A stretch of 63,860 bases of DNA, the filler included, from Vezdaea acicularis (Eukaryota): the NCBI GenBank assembly GCA_026025075.1. It is 3 parts of 3 records of this genome, joined end to end, with 100 filler letters (N's around TTAATTAATTAA, not from the genome) between each part and the next. Parts side by side here need not be neighbours in the genome. Positions count along the whole stretch, not along the records: positions 29,635 to 58,508 come from JAPEUI010000167.1; 2 more parts are not named here. One strand, given 5' to 3'. A model generated the notes under the pieces. That model made no database searches. It was not told where the DNA came from and saw nothing but the letters and a program-made list of their open reading frames with translations. Shown in pieces: positions 36,647 through 49,764 of this stretch; position 1 is the stretch's first letter, and every line of letters begins with the position of its first letter. The translations under genes were made by a program, and so were the position numbers.

Positions 36647-36765
36647 ACATTCGACCATAGACAGTGGAAAACTGGGCATCCCGTCCGCTCTGCCACTCAT
36701 AAGCCGCTGATCGGCTGGATAGTAGTGTCATCGGTGACGAGACGCGAAGTCCGGCTGTTGAATGT
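36647..36765 (+). rRNA. 5S rRNA gene, copy 2
   Basis: Same layout as copy 1, TATA-like GATATAT about 30 nt upstream and TTTTTT downstream. Confidence 0.93.
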
Positions 36766-37668
36766 CTTTTTTGTTCTTGGCTATGCTGGGGTTTTTCTTT
36801 TTTGGATGGGAGGAAGGGGATGCGTGTGGCAAAGGTTTGAGTTTGGTAGCGGGAGAGTGAGGCCTGTTGGGGTAGGGGCGACGGGGGAAGAGCGGGTGGG
36901 GTAAGGGCCTCGACTATGTAAGGCCGGTTGAGGCAAGGACGGTTTAGGGAGGGAGGCTCGAATAGGGATGAACGCGGGAACCACAGTTGTACTCGCTACA
37001 ACCGTGACAAAGAACAAAGAGCGGCAGTCAAGTCTCACAGGGAAGCAAAAGAAGCAAGTTGAAAGGCGCCGTGTGAGCGAGTGAATGAATTGATCCATCG
37101 ACAATTCCCCCCATTCCTTCCGCCATGCGCCCCTCGCGAACACCTAGTGCGGTCATAAAAGACAGCAGGCACCGTTTTTCCCCACCGAAGTCAAACGCCA
37201 GAGAAATGTGAAGGAGGCGTTCCATCAGCCAGCCGATCATCCGAGAAGGAAAGAAAAGGGTTCATCAACGCCGTGTTTGCTCCACCATCCGCATTAAAGC
37301 TTGTCGTGTGAATCGTTGCAAAGTGTATTGAAGAAGAAATGTGGTGCAAATTTTCCGATCGAGGCTGCTAGGGGACATGACACGGCTCGGTAGAGGCCAC
37401 ACATAGCTGTCACTAGCTGATGCCATGTAATGTCATTTTTTCGTGAAGATGGCCAAACATTTTTTGTAGAGGGGAAGCGAAGCAGCGCCAACGCTACCGT
37501 GAATTGCTAAGAGGGCAGGGCAGAGAGTTTCAGTGCGTATATCCGTTTGTACAAAAGGCGTGCCTCCAAGTCGAGGACCAGCCACGGCTTGGAGTTCGGC
37601 CGAGTCGTTAAGCTGGAGTTGATGTGTGTGAGCCACAAATATGTGCATTGCGTTGCGTTGCATTCATT

Positions 37669-39130
37669 CTAGCCGTGGCTTTGCGTCGCGGCGGGAAAGT
37701 ACATCGCTTGGCCTTCGGTGTAGTGGGGAGGGACAGATTCTTCTTCAACCTGGGCCAAGTGGCCGAAATCTCCCTGCCAATTGGCGAAGCCTTGGGAGGG
37801 TTTTCGAGCAATCTCGCCGATGCGGTTGCCATTGTAGCCGGTGTTCCACAAAGGTGGCGCCCCATAAGCGCTGCCCACTGGTTTGCTCTCCACAATTGCA
37901 GAGTTTGGCTCCGACATAGAGGCTAGCGTTGAGGGTGTGTGGGTCATTATGGGGTGAGGGTACGAGTCTGCTCGAATGGGCTGTTTGAAGTCTGCACGTA
38001 CGGGGTATTGGGGAGGGTATTGCTGGTGGAGGTTTTCAAAGTGCCCGACCGACATCGATCTCGAGGGTAGCGGCCATCCAACATCTTCTCGTGACCCTTC
38101 AAGAGGGTGATAATTGTTGGGGCCGTCTTGACCGTGCGTGGCGACAATTGCTGGAGCCACTGCGAAGGAAGAAGTGAAAGCTGGAGTCATGGGAGAATCT
38201 GCCAAACGCCAGAAGCTCGCAGATGGATCTTCAAAGCCAGGCTTGCCCGAGAGGGGAGACTGGTCAATGAAGGGGCTGTTCCAAGCAGAGGAGCTTCCGG
38301 CACTGTTCGGGAGTTCGTAAGTCCTTGGGACGCCGTTGGTGTGCATCTGTGCCAAGTCTGGTCGGCGAGATCCATTCGTCGAATTAAGACGAGACTGCCT
38401 GCCTAGAGAGGACACACTCTCCGTACGATTGCGGACTCCATTGGGAACAACAAACTCATGGTGACTGATGGAAGTAGCTGGAGAGTAGTTGTTGAAATCC
38501 TCGACCTGTTCAATTGACTGGCCTTGAGAGAGTCCGGGGGACGGAGACCCCGAGCTTGAGCTGCCACCCGTGGTGGCTTTAGAACCGGTACGGCCTCGAC
38601 GTTCTGGCTGCGTCTGCTGGTCCACCGGGAAAAAATTGCATTCTTTCTTGAGTCTGATACAGTTCGAGCATCGTCTTTGAGGATCATCTGTAGCTTGCAA
38701 ACATCTTATCTTGCGTCTTCGGCAATGGCCTGAGCAGGACAGTGTTAGATGCTGAGCTTAGTAAAGCTCCGAGAGGGCAATGCTCACCACATGCAACGGA
38801 GGTCCGATGATATCCTAGCTTGTTTCTTCTCTTCTCTGCTAGAGCGGCCGCGTCCGCAGCCGCTTGACCGCGAATATTTGGCGTGGAAGCCGAGCGCTTG
38901 ATAATGGAAGGCATACCGAACTTGGACGGGCGACGCCGCTTCTGAGAACCAGGTAATGGAGGTGGTGGGTGCGTGAAGACGTTGCCAATGCCGTGCAGTT
39001 CTTGTGAATAGTTCGAGGGAAGATGCTCGGTGGAAGCACTCGCAGATGATATTTGTCCTTCAGACATAACAGGTTCTGCAAGAAGGTATGGGTGGTGATC
39101 GGACGGGTGTCCCGTTGCTTCCACAAGCAT
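37669..39130 (-). CDS. Zn(II)2Cys6 transcription factor (2 coding exons)
   Basis: Spliced KRRNKLGYHRTSVACGHCRRRKIRCLQATDDPQRRCSNCIRLKKEC across intron 38730-38787. Start is ATG 39130 or 39067. Confidence 0.88.
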
Positions 39131-42100
39131 AGCCTTTCTTATCCCAAGCTCAAGCTTGCTCCTCAAGGCCAAGAAAGTCTCTTATGGTTGGGGCTTTCTA
39201 TCGCTCGGACCAAATTGAAACGGTCATACGTCTCAAGGAGCTAAGATGGCACGAATGAAGCCGCGCGGTGAACTCCAGTGCTACAGACCGTGTCAGTCAG
39301 GTAGGGCCCTTAGGTGGGGTCGGCCGACGATTGACAGGTGACCGAGGCGGTGCAGATGCTTACGAGGTTGAAGTGGGCTGGAGGCTCATATATGTAGGAT
39401 CGAAATGGTACTCGCCGTGGGTGGAGGGAGATGGATCCAAATCTGCTAAGCTCGAGCTGGCGAGAGACGCATTATTAGGCGGGTGCTAAGCAACAACGTG
39501 CTTCCAGGGTTGGGGCCTCCGGGGAGAGGGGGGGAGGATGTGTTTGCAAGAGTCGGTCCGGCGGCGTGTCAGGGCGATCAATCACCCAGACCTATCGAAG
39601 TTTGGCGTCCATGCAAAAGTCAGGAAAAATGCGCCTTAGACTAGGGGAGGGCGCAAGAAAGCCACGCGAGTGGTTTCGAGGGCCAGGGAAATTGATAGGG
39701 ACAGCCCGGGTGTTCTTGGTGTGCAGTCAGAGGCGTAAAAGCAGCAGCCATCAACGGGTATAAGGTCGAAGGATGCAGCGATCAGCCAGGGACGAGAGGG
39801 GCGAGAGGGATGCCGAGTCGCGGCCGGCCCTTTTTCGCCCTTGGACTTTGACTTTTGAGTTTTATTTTTTTAATTCAATGAAATGCGAGAGGAAGAAGCA
39901 AGCTGCATGCAGCAGGCCAGATGGTGCAAAGGTTCCACCAGCGGCCAGTGATCGGGGTGGGCAGATAGGCGCAGGGAGGGGGGGGGGAGAGGGTTGCACC
40001 GCGCGTTTGGCCTGGTGGGTAGCAAGCTATCAAGCGCACCCAATGTCAGAGATATGTTCGACGGGGTCAGGGGGGGGGAAAGAGGGAAGAGGACGTCGCT
40101 GCTGGGACGGGGAGATCACCAACGTCGGCTCTCCCTATCGCGCTTGGCGTGGATTGGTCCGTCGTCGACCAGGACATGGCCAGGAAAAGGCCAGGACATG
40201 GTTTTTCGCGATGGCGCTCTGGATCACCGGTTCTTCGGAGCTACGACCTGCGAAGCTACTAGCTGGATTGGCGCTTGCAACGACGCCCGCGAGCGACTCT
40301 GCTCTGCTCTCACTTGTCCTGCTCCCTTCGCCGTCGCTGCTCCTGCCCCGGTCTGAGGTGAAGCTCTATCGGGACGCTAAGGCCGACAGGGGAAAGAGCT
40401 ACGGAGGGTGGGGACTTCGCAAGCGAGAGCCGGACAGACGTCAACAGCAGGAGCAGCGCAGACCAGATGGAGGCCAGGGATCCGGTGAAGTCATCTGGCT
40501 CGGCCACCGTGCTCGTCATATACACGAGGAGCAGAGATCTTCGAGTTGCGCTCGGGGCGTATTCAAGCTCACTTGCGTCTACAGCACATAGCGCAGCGGG
40601 CAGCCAAGCGTGCGGAGAGGGCTTGCGGCGGAAGGTTGTCAGCGAGAGGGAGACGGAGGGAGAGGAATTGTGGGTGAGGGAGAGTTGGGTGCAGGTTGGA
40701 AGGGGCCAGGGGGGGCTGCTGACAGGGACCGGGATGGTGCGAGTCCATCGTTTGGACCGCGACGCTGCCTGTTCATCCTCGGATCTAGCGCGAGACCCGA
40801 CCAATGGGCCCGCGCCAATAATGCGGTCACTACACCTGCAATTTGCAATTTGCAATACTGTAACCGCGGTCACGGTCGCATTCATCACTGCGGGCCCCCT
40901 CGCGGTCTCAAGAGGCGTCGGGACGATTAGGAACGACCTTGTGGCGCGGAGCGGCGGAGGGAGGGTCGAGAGGGTCGAGAGGGGCGACAGCAGCGAAAGT
41001 GGAAGGCACGAGGGAGCGAGTCGAGCCTGCCTGCGTCGGCTACATCGGTTCGTGACAATCGCGCGGGTCTACCGATCGTGTCGACCGCGCCGTTGCTCGC
41101 TGGCCGCGGGCGCTCGCTCGCTTCTCCCGGCCGCCGCGCAATGCACGTCCGCGACCGAGCTCCGAGGTCACGGATCGTTACCCCAAAGTCGGAGCATCCG
41201 ATCCCAAGCCACACCCACGGCGCGGCCAACCATGCGCCTGCCCTTTTTCCACCGCCTTGCTTTCGGCCCTAGCGCGTCGTTGCGTGCTGACAGCTGGGCC
41301 TTGGCGAGTGACCAAGCGGGCGCGACGGTGACCTCGCTCGGCCACCCCTCGAGCGCCCTCTCGCATGTCGTTCCCCCGGTCCGTCCCCGTCTCCACTCCC
41401 CTCCGACTCCTAAAATAAATCTCTGCACGTTCATTCGCCGTCTTTTCCACCGAAATGCAGCCAACACCAGCCATCCTTCGGCGGAGAGGAGATCGCCGCG
41501 CTGGGCCAGTGGCCGATACGACTATCGACGCCTTGCCGAATGAAGTTTGCATCAATAGCCACCTCGCTTCGACGAGGGCTATCACGCCCCGCCGCCCTTC
41601 ATTGGCCGTCGCCCTCTCGTGCACGACCCAGTTGCAAAAATCATCCATGCGCACGGCGACATCGAAATGTCGCCGCCGTTGATCGTCCACCATGCCCAAT
41701 CTCCCCCGTCTTTGCTTTTTGGCGTTGGGGTGAGCCTTGGTCGAGGCCGATTGGGCGGTCAACAGACGGAGCAGCACTGGGAAGTGAGAAAGCCCGAGCA
41801 TCACGGGCAGGTCGATTGCTCAACTGCCTTTTCGCTTTCTCGCTCGAGCTCACCATGGCACTCTCAATCCTCCTCGAGCAACGGAAAAGAAGAAAGCCTG
41901 ATGGGGCCAAGCGCAGATGCATCCTACGAGGCTTCCGCCGAATGCAGCTGGTCAGAATGACCGCCCGGGCTCGTTGATCCACATGACGTGGATGGTCAAG
42001 AACGGCGACTATTATTTCCAATTTTCCATTTTTTCCTCCGCGCGCAGCAAACTCCTCGTCGTCCTCGTGAAAGCTGCGTAATAGACGGAGCATGGAAGGT

Positions 42101-45100
42101 GCGCTAGTCGAGTGCCTACCCCTGCTCTACACCCGCCATGGTGGGTTTTCCTTCCATGTGGACGGTCGAAAATCGTACCGATTATCATATCCAGCCCGAG
42201 GACCGACGCGATCGCCGCTGAGGATGGACCGACCTGACTAGTAACCGTCCCAAGCTCGAGTCCGAACCGAATGATCGTCCGAGAAGATTCCACGGCCAGT
42301 TTCGCCCAGATCTACTGCTAATCTAACTAATTCAACCATCCAGTGTTTCAGACCCCAAAGCCTCGAAATTCTGTCTCTTCACCTCGATCTATGCACGTAT
42401 GGTCATTTCGAAGGACAAGCAGAATTTGGACAGAAGATGCGACGAAAGCGATAGGATGGCTGCCGGCCTCTCCCATAAGAAGACGTCCATAAGAATTCAA
42501 ATGATGACGCACTCCCATACAACCGAGCAAGCAGTCTTTACCTCATGGAGACAAAGAGACAACTTTGTTTCATCTGCATATGCTTATTGGGCCATTAGCG
42601 TTTTGGGTTTGGTTTGCAATCGAAGGATATTGCATCGCATGCTTTTACGTCGCTCTTTCACTAGTACATGATATAATTGGAGCGCTTGCTTAATCGAGTC
42701 TTGAATGGGCCCGATTGGTTCCATCTGCGGCTGACATACGAATTCTTGATTGGCTAAGAGGCAAGGCTGTTTGCAGTGTCGTCAGGATGGCCAGTTTGGA
42801 GCGACGTCGCATGATGCTGCAGGCGATGTCGAAGGCAGACTTCGTCTGCTCTCACCCTCTCCGTGGGGATCAAAGCGATGCATGACCGAGGGCACTTCCC
42901 CGTCTGCACATGTTCCTGAATCCTTACCACCACGCGACCGGCTAAGCAGCTCTTTTGATGGCCGATGGTGGGGATGGCCCGAGCTCTCACGCGATGGGTG
43001 CGGACCACAGATCAATGCAAGCACTTGACGCCGCTGCAACGAAGCTGTTTTAGCGCTAGAGATCGCCTGCACATGGACGAAGCGAAGAGTACATGTCCAC
43101 CAGTCAGACCATCATTCATGTTGCAAGAATTCAGAAGAATTTTTTTCCCTGTTCTCTCTATCTGCTAACCAAGATCAGAGTGGAATCTGGAGATTTCACC
43201 ACCCATAGTGCCTAGCTTGGGGCCCTATGCATGCAACGTGACCTCGCCCGCGCTGTCCCGTCCCGCACAAGAAGGCTGAAGATAAGATCTTGAAGCTATA
43301 GTAGCTCCAAGCATAGATTGAGTGTAGGACTCCCTGCTGCTTCGAATCTGACTTGCCCCTAGTTTAAGGCTATCTATGCCATAATGGTAGTGGACTACGG
43401 CACGACATCAAGATGGGGGGTGGCTTGAAGGATTTCTACGGCAGGCCCTAAGTGGAATCGTTCATTCAGGGACCAAGCCAAAGACGACGGTGTTCTGACC
43501 CCAGAAAACGGGATTTTCTCCGCTTTTGTCTGTTCGGACCAAAGAGTGTTTGGTTGTCCGTTTCTTTGCGGGAAGGCAGAATCTCTCGTTCGTTCAAGAC
43601 ACGCATAGATGTAATGCTCCTACGGACACAGCAGCCAGGCTGGACGGCCCCTACGTCAGCTCGCTCTCATCATCACCATCATTAACAGGCCAGATCTTCA
43701 GGAAGCTTGTCAGAGTATCCATCTTACGATCTCATGTTCTCTAGCTGGCCTGGCTTGCTCCGGTGGCTTTTTCTCGGTGGCTTTTTTTCTTCAGAGATCT
43801 AGCGAGATGGGGAGACTTGTGCGCAAGTGGCACAGGAGATTGACAGCCTTGGGCCAAGAACGAGGGGTTTGCCACATGGCTACACAGATGTCATCATGGC
43901 AGCTCAGGGATCGAGCAGAACCGGCGATGGCCCCCGCCATCCCCTTAAGCGACGTCTTTAGACTGTCGAAAAGGAATTCTGACTGGCCTCCACATGGCCT
44001 GTGGCCTCGACATCGACAATCGATCTGCGTTGCGGAGACGGACTAAGGAGGGCGCCAGCGGAGATCGCGGCCTTGACGGACACTGCCACCAATTGGAATT
44101 TTTCGGTGGCTTCATTCAAGCATCGCTAGCGCTGCTCCGGTGAGAAAAACATTTCCTTCCCACGCTGCATCGTTTAGTCCAAGTCCCCGGCGCCTATGGA
44201 AATTAATTGTTGATCCTGGCGCCATGAAGGCAGTCTGGATGAGGTGGTGGACCAGCAATCGGTCCGCTGTGCAGGGTCCACATGCAGGTGCCACGATCGG
44301 GGTGTTACTTGAGCAAGGCGCAGAGAGCAGGACGATGGGGCCATCACGCTCGAGCGTTCCTGACCGCGCATGGAAATTGGCCTCGGGACCCCTGCCGCAC
44401 TAAGCAAGCGCACGTGGCTGCACTGGCCCCCTCGTCTCTAGCGATTCGTGCAGCGCCGGACACCTCCGCCGCGCACGCCCTAGTCCCCTATCGCAGTCCT
44501 CCTGCAGCAATCGTGAAACACTTCGAGAGCCGGGTAAATCTGGACATCATTCGAGCCTGGAGCAATGCTTTCTCGGAACCAGCATCACGCGTCCGCGCTA
44601 CGATCGCCTAGCGTGTCGAAAGTCAAATTCGAGAGAGATGAACGAAAAGATTTTTTCTTTTCTCCACCTCGCTTGAACGAAAAAAGGCGGGAGCTTAGAC
44701 AAGCGTCGTTGTCGAATGGCTCAACCGCATCTTCAAGATCGTGAAGCCGGCCTCCAAACTAACTCCGCTCGACTGACGCAATTTTGCGGGGAGAATTTCC
44801 CCTCTAGACTCGTAGTCTAGCAGCCCGCGAAAGAAAGCAGGCAATCGAGCAACCAAGTAACAGCGGCACGAGGCTTTCTCCGCGAAAGCCCACCCGGGGA
44901 AGAGCAGCCATCCAGGTTCCGCATCCTTCGTCCACGCCACACCATTCCATTTTTTCCCTTTCCCTTTCTTCATTCCAGACTTATTCCCCCCCTTATCGAA
45001 TCAGCCCCTCCACAACAAAATCCAGTAGTCCAGGTACCGGCCGTCCACACGGCTTCATCCACCCATCTCATACTCTGCATCTGACGCGTGCCCAAAACGT

Positions 45101-47324
45101 GCTCCGTCTCATGGGCGGGAACTGTGACTCGGTAAGGTAGGTGATGCAAAGGCCGCGATGGCGTCAAGGAAAAAACCGTTTATCGATCGAGTTGCCACGC
45201 TGTTTCGCCCGATCTCTTTTTTTCTTTCCTGCCGATCTCTTTGCTGTTCCTGGCTGTTCTGGCCCCTGGCGGGCAAACCGTCCCTTGCGGGGTTTTTTTG
45301 TTTTTTTCTTTTGGTTGACTTCGTACCATTTGGTTGGCGGCTGAGTTTCGCCGTGGAGAACCGATGGGGAAGGCTCGTTTTCGGGGCCTTCTGGATCGAG
45401 TGCCGGTTGAGCCTTCCCTTACTCCTCCTTTCTTCTTGGAGATTGAGACTGGCCCAAGAGCACCGCCATTACGCGGCCACCGTCAGAAAGGAGAGACTTC
45501 GTAATTACATTACGATAAAGAGCTGCAAAAGTTAGATGGTATTTCGTAATGATAAGGTCCCAGACTGAGTATTCTCTTCGCGTCCGATATAAATCCGAAA
45601 AACAAATTATTTCGGAGACATTTCCTACTTTCTCCGTTCTGCTCCCGGAAAATGTCGCACGTGGCTTTTGACAACGGCCACGTGTGCGTAAGACAGGGGG
45701 TTTTCCTCTCAGAGCAGTTTGTATATCTCGACGATTGGTGCATGACTCCATGGAACCCCTTGGGATGCTGATAAGGCCGGGACTACGTCGAAGTATGAGA
45801 AAAGGCAATTACGTGAAATTTTAAGCTGCCCTGCGGTGTATCCAAAGGGATAAGGGGTATTCATCCACCTGCCTCTACGGCGTGAAACTAGAGTAGTGAT
45901 AGTGCTTAATATGAGAATATGAATAGGACCCCTATCGTTCACATCCCCTTTTGTAGCAGGGAGCACGCCCTCCTCAACCCTTACTGCCGTTAGGGTTGTG
46001 GTACGGGATACTACTATAGACCTGCGAGTAGGGAGCACCCAAACAGATTGTTAGTTTATGAATTAAAAAATCACCAACCGTCGCATGTACCGCAGCATAC
46101 GCATAAGCCCCGCGCCCCTTTCCACTTCTCCAGGAGGTGGTGATAACCAGACGGATAGACGGGCCCACCCCTTTTCCCCCTTCTAGGCGGGACTTGTTTG
46201 TACCGTGCCATTAAGGAGTGCCTGTATTATTGGGGTTCGTGGCAAGATGATAGTTACGCTGCGGTGTGGTTTTGTAAGGATTTGTTCTTAAAGGCAGCTC
46301 CGTGGACCTAGATCCTAGCTCTGGGACTGAACAGCCCGATCTAACCTGTCCAACCTGTCCAGATCACGCTCTCTTTTTCCCTTATTGCCGAGACAAGTCG
46401 TTGCAGCCGCTCTCCTCATCACCTCGCCACCTCATCAGGGCCAACTGATCAGGCAACTAACTATCCCGTTACTCCTAGTAGAGTTCCCTCTCCTGAACCA
46501 ACTCCTACCCCTCTCCTCTGCAATCCACCGCTCTCCACGCCACTCCGACCCCTCTCAAATATCCCCTCCCTCTCCCCCTCCCCTTTTAAAAGGGCTAGAT
46601 TTGTCTCTAAACGCGCACAGTGTTTGGCTTCTCTGGTAGATGGGGTGGATGGACAAGACGAGCTTGTACCTCTTCCTTCTTTCGCCTCTAAGGGGTGTGT
46701 ACGCGTTATAGCATTGCCAGCGCTCTGTTAGTAAGGGATGTCCTACACCAGCCCCTAATCCCTCTCCGATTCGATTAGAGTATGTTCCTTATCCCACCAA
46801 GAACCCAACAGGGAATGGTGCGGCTTTATCGCATGTGGAGGGTAGTAAGTACCAGATCATGCGTTTACTTGGATAGAACACGACGAGATAGGAAAACAGC
46901 GAGTCCTCTACTATGACGCATACGCTAAACAGATTAAGAAGAGGATTGAAGGATCAGTCCTTGATGCGTAGAAGGTTCAAGACCAGCGTGAGGGCTTCGT
47001 GTCAGAGTGCAGTGCGATAGTGCGCTGCCATTCACACAAAAGGAATCTAGTAAAGGAATTCTGTTGAATTTCCTATCCATAATCACATTGCAGATATTCA
47101 TTGCATTTATTCTACCGTTGTCCAGATGGGCGTCTTCGAACGTAGTAGATCAGGAAAGTTTGACTAAAGGCAAGCAGACCAGTTTTTTCGTATCCGTTTC
47201 CTGCATTACATCGCATCTCTCAAGAGAAGGGAAGAAAAGACTGAGTCGTCAAAGCATTCCCCCCGTTTTGAAATAAGTCACTCGCACCACCTTTGACGTC
47301 TCGACAACCTCGGAGTCGAGATTT

Positions 47325-49316
47325 CTAGGCGTTGAGGTAGAGGCTTGCATCGATACCCTCGGCCGGAGCTTCACTGCGGGATTGTCAGCTTTCTTTGTGG
47401 ATAGACACGTAGAATTTTGACTTACGGCAGCGCAACTTCGAATCTCTTCTCAATCTCCTGCAGGATCGCTTGATCAGCCTCAGAGCTGACGAATGAAACA
47501 CTCAGCCCCTTGGTACCGAAACGACCGGCCCGGCCGACACGATGTAGGTACTGATCCGCAGACTCAGGCATGTCATAATTGATGGCAAGATTGATACGCT
47601 CGATATCGATGCCTCGCCCGAACACGTCAGTGGCCACGCATATCCGCTTATTGAATTCTTTGAACTCCTTGTATCGCTTGATACTGTACAGCCTATTAGA
47701 GGAAGGTTATTCTGATGTGGAGGACATGTAATCTTACCGCTCCTCCTGAGAAACGCCCGAGTGCACCGCAATAGACGGGAAGTTACATTCGCGGAGTAGC
47801 TTGTCGAGTTCGGTGGCACGCACAGTGCTCTTCACGAAAATGATGACCTGGTTAAACTCAAGAGTGTCGAGAAGATCATTGAGCTTGCGATTCTTTTCGT
47901 TCTCGCTAAGTTTGATGCAATACTGCTTGAGACCATGTAGGGTGAGCTTTGTATCATCATCAACATAGATCTCAAGGGGGTTCCGCATAAACTTCTTGCA
48001 AATAGGACGAATCTCCTGTGAGAGTGTGGCGCTATACATCATAACCTGCTTCTGCGTTGGGGTTGCTCGGAAGATCTCTTGCACATCACGACGCATATCT
48101 GTGTTGATTCATATCAGAGGCCGCTCATTGTCATGTTTCTATATGATCCTCACTCACCGATCTGGTCGAGCATCTTGTCGCATTCATCAAGAACAAAGAT
48201 CTTTACAGAGCCAAGTCGGATATGTTTGTCTCGCACGAGGGCATTCATACGTCCCGGTGTGGCGACGATAATATTCGGGTGCGTCTCCTTGTTCTTCAAG
48301 ACGGCGATATCTTGATCGATCTTGACACCGCCATAGAACACAGCAGTCTTGATGTCGGGCATATATTTCGAAAAGCGGTTATATTCATTCTTGATCTGGT
48401 ATGCCAACTCACGGGTATGGCACATCACAAGGATAGAGGTCTCCCCCGCAATAGGTTCAGCTTGTTGAAGAGTCGTGAGAACGAATACGGCTGTTTTTCC
48501 CATACCAGATCTAGCCTGGCAGAGGACGTCGGTACCGAGGATAGCTTGTGGGATGCAGGCTTGCTGTACTGTAATGTGAATCGAGCCGCAAGTTAGACTT
48601 CGTTCGACCTCTAAAATGTTTGAAATGACGCATTTAATCCACCGAAACGTCCGTCCATCTTGCATCATGGCCTTAAGCAGAGGTTTCACAAGCTTTACAG
48701 CCCCCCAAGCTACACACACCGATAATGGTGACGGTAATTGCAGGGAGGAGGGAAGCTAGCCGTACTAAAACGCAGTTTTTCTCATGTAATGGTGGGCAGG
48801 CGGAGCCAGAAAGTCATTCTCTTCTGCCTTGGACTACCTTGTAACCCATACTACGTTCCCTGGGACAGTAGCATTTTGCCGCCTCTTCCTCATATATGAA
48901 GGTGATGAGTTCTTTCTGTCATAGCAGAAATCTGGCCAGAGATGACTTTCCGGTCCCGCCCGATAGAGACAAAAATTGCTGAACCATCCTTCGACTGCAG
49001 AGATGGACGGACGTTTGGAGAAGAATGGAGAGACTGGAGGGAGCTTTGGGGGGAAGTTTTATGACTGACCATCCGACGGATGTTCGAAACCGCAGTCGGT
49101 AATCGCACGTAGGAGCTCAGGCTTGAGCAGGAAATCTCGGAATCCAGCTAAATTCATGCCCGAATAACTACCCTTTTGCGCAGCGCCACCGGATGCTGTC
49201 AGATCGCCGTCTTTCTTGGCAGAAGCAGCGCCATTTGCAGCTCCACTCGGGCCGGCCGAATCTGTGATCTGGAGCTCCTCGTCGTCATAATCAATGAGGT
49301 CTTCTTCGTGAGACAT
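47325..49316 (-). CDS. SUB2: DECD-box RNA helicase Sub2/UAP56 (5 exons)
   Basis: [44 protein letters not shown] and HRVGRAGR. The first intron (48569-49069) is 501 nt. Confidence 0.96.
48645..49016 (-). ncRNA. Candidate structured intronic RNA element in SUB2 intron 1
   Basis: Perfect 16-bp inverted repeat 48645-48660/49001-49016 enclosing further nested helices, e.g. 48799-48817 with 48942-48960. Confidence 0.55.
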
Positions 49317-49764
49317 CCTGATAGACTTTGGGATCGATGAGGATGATAGAAGTAGGAGCGAAGGAATACGTTTGGCGAGAGAAGGCTGGTTGTTGTTGAA
49401 CTTGTACGCCTAAAATGGGCGTAGGTCGCTTCTTCTACAATGGAGGAGGGCCAGGAAATTAACAAGGCCGAATCCGGTAGGTTAGGGCAGCTCAGAGAGT
49501 TGAGAAAGATTCTTTGATAGATATCACCGCTTCTGTTATTGTTGATGGCGTGGGAACAGAGTGAATGTTGGCGGTGGAGGAATGAAAGGCGAGAGATTTC
49601 TCTCGACTGCGGCTCGGACGGTATACGCTAACCCAAAAGGGCAAAGCGTCAAAACTCCAGTGTCAAACCATCCACCATCCATCATCCTTTACAGTCGTTG
49701 GCCTCTGGCTCATAAATCGGAGCAAAATTGGATTTTCCATTCATTCCTGGGGTCCTAGAGGAAG

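Noticed and set aside
36173..36765. Direct repeat read as an LTR pair or CRISPR-like repeat
   Set aside because: Both units are 5S rRNA genes with Pol III terminators.
39773..42093. Long ORFs of 200-358 aa upstream of the Zn2Cys6 gene
   Set aside because: Overlapping on both strands, Arg/Gly/Pro/Ser-rich and without domains, as expected by chance in GC-rich DNA.
48690..48960. RNase P/MRP RNA suggested by GGAAAGTC and the neighbouring RPR2 gene
   Set aside because: The motif pairs in a simple local helix rather than a P4 pseudoknot, and no CR-V was evident. An Rfam scan would settle it.
48901..48985. Box C/D snoRNA (GTGATGA...CTGA) in the SUB2 intron
   Set aside because: The boxes are antisense to the host transcript, the terminal stem is weak and no convincing rRNA guide was seen.
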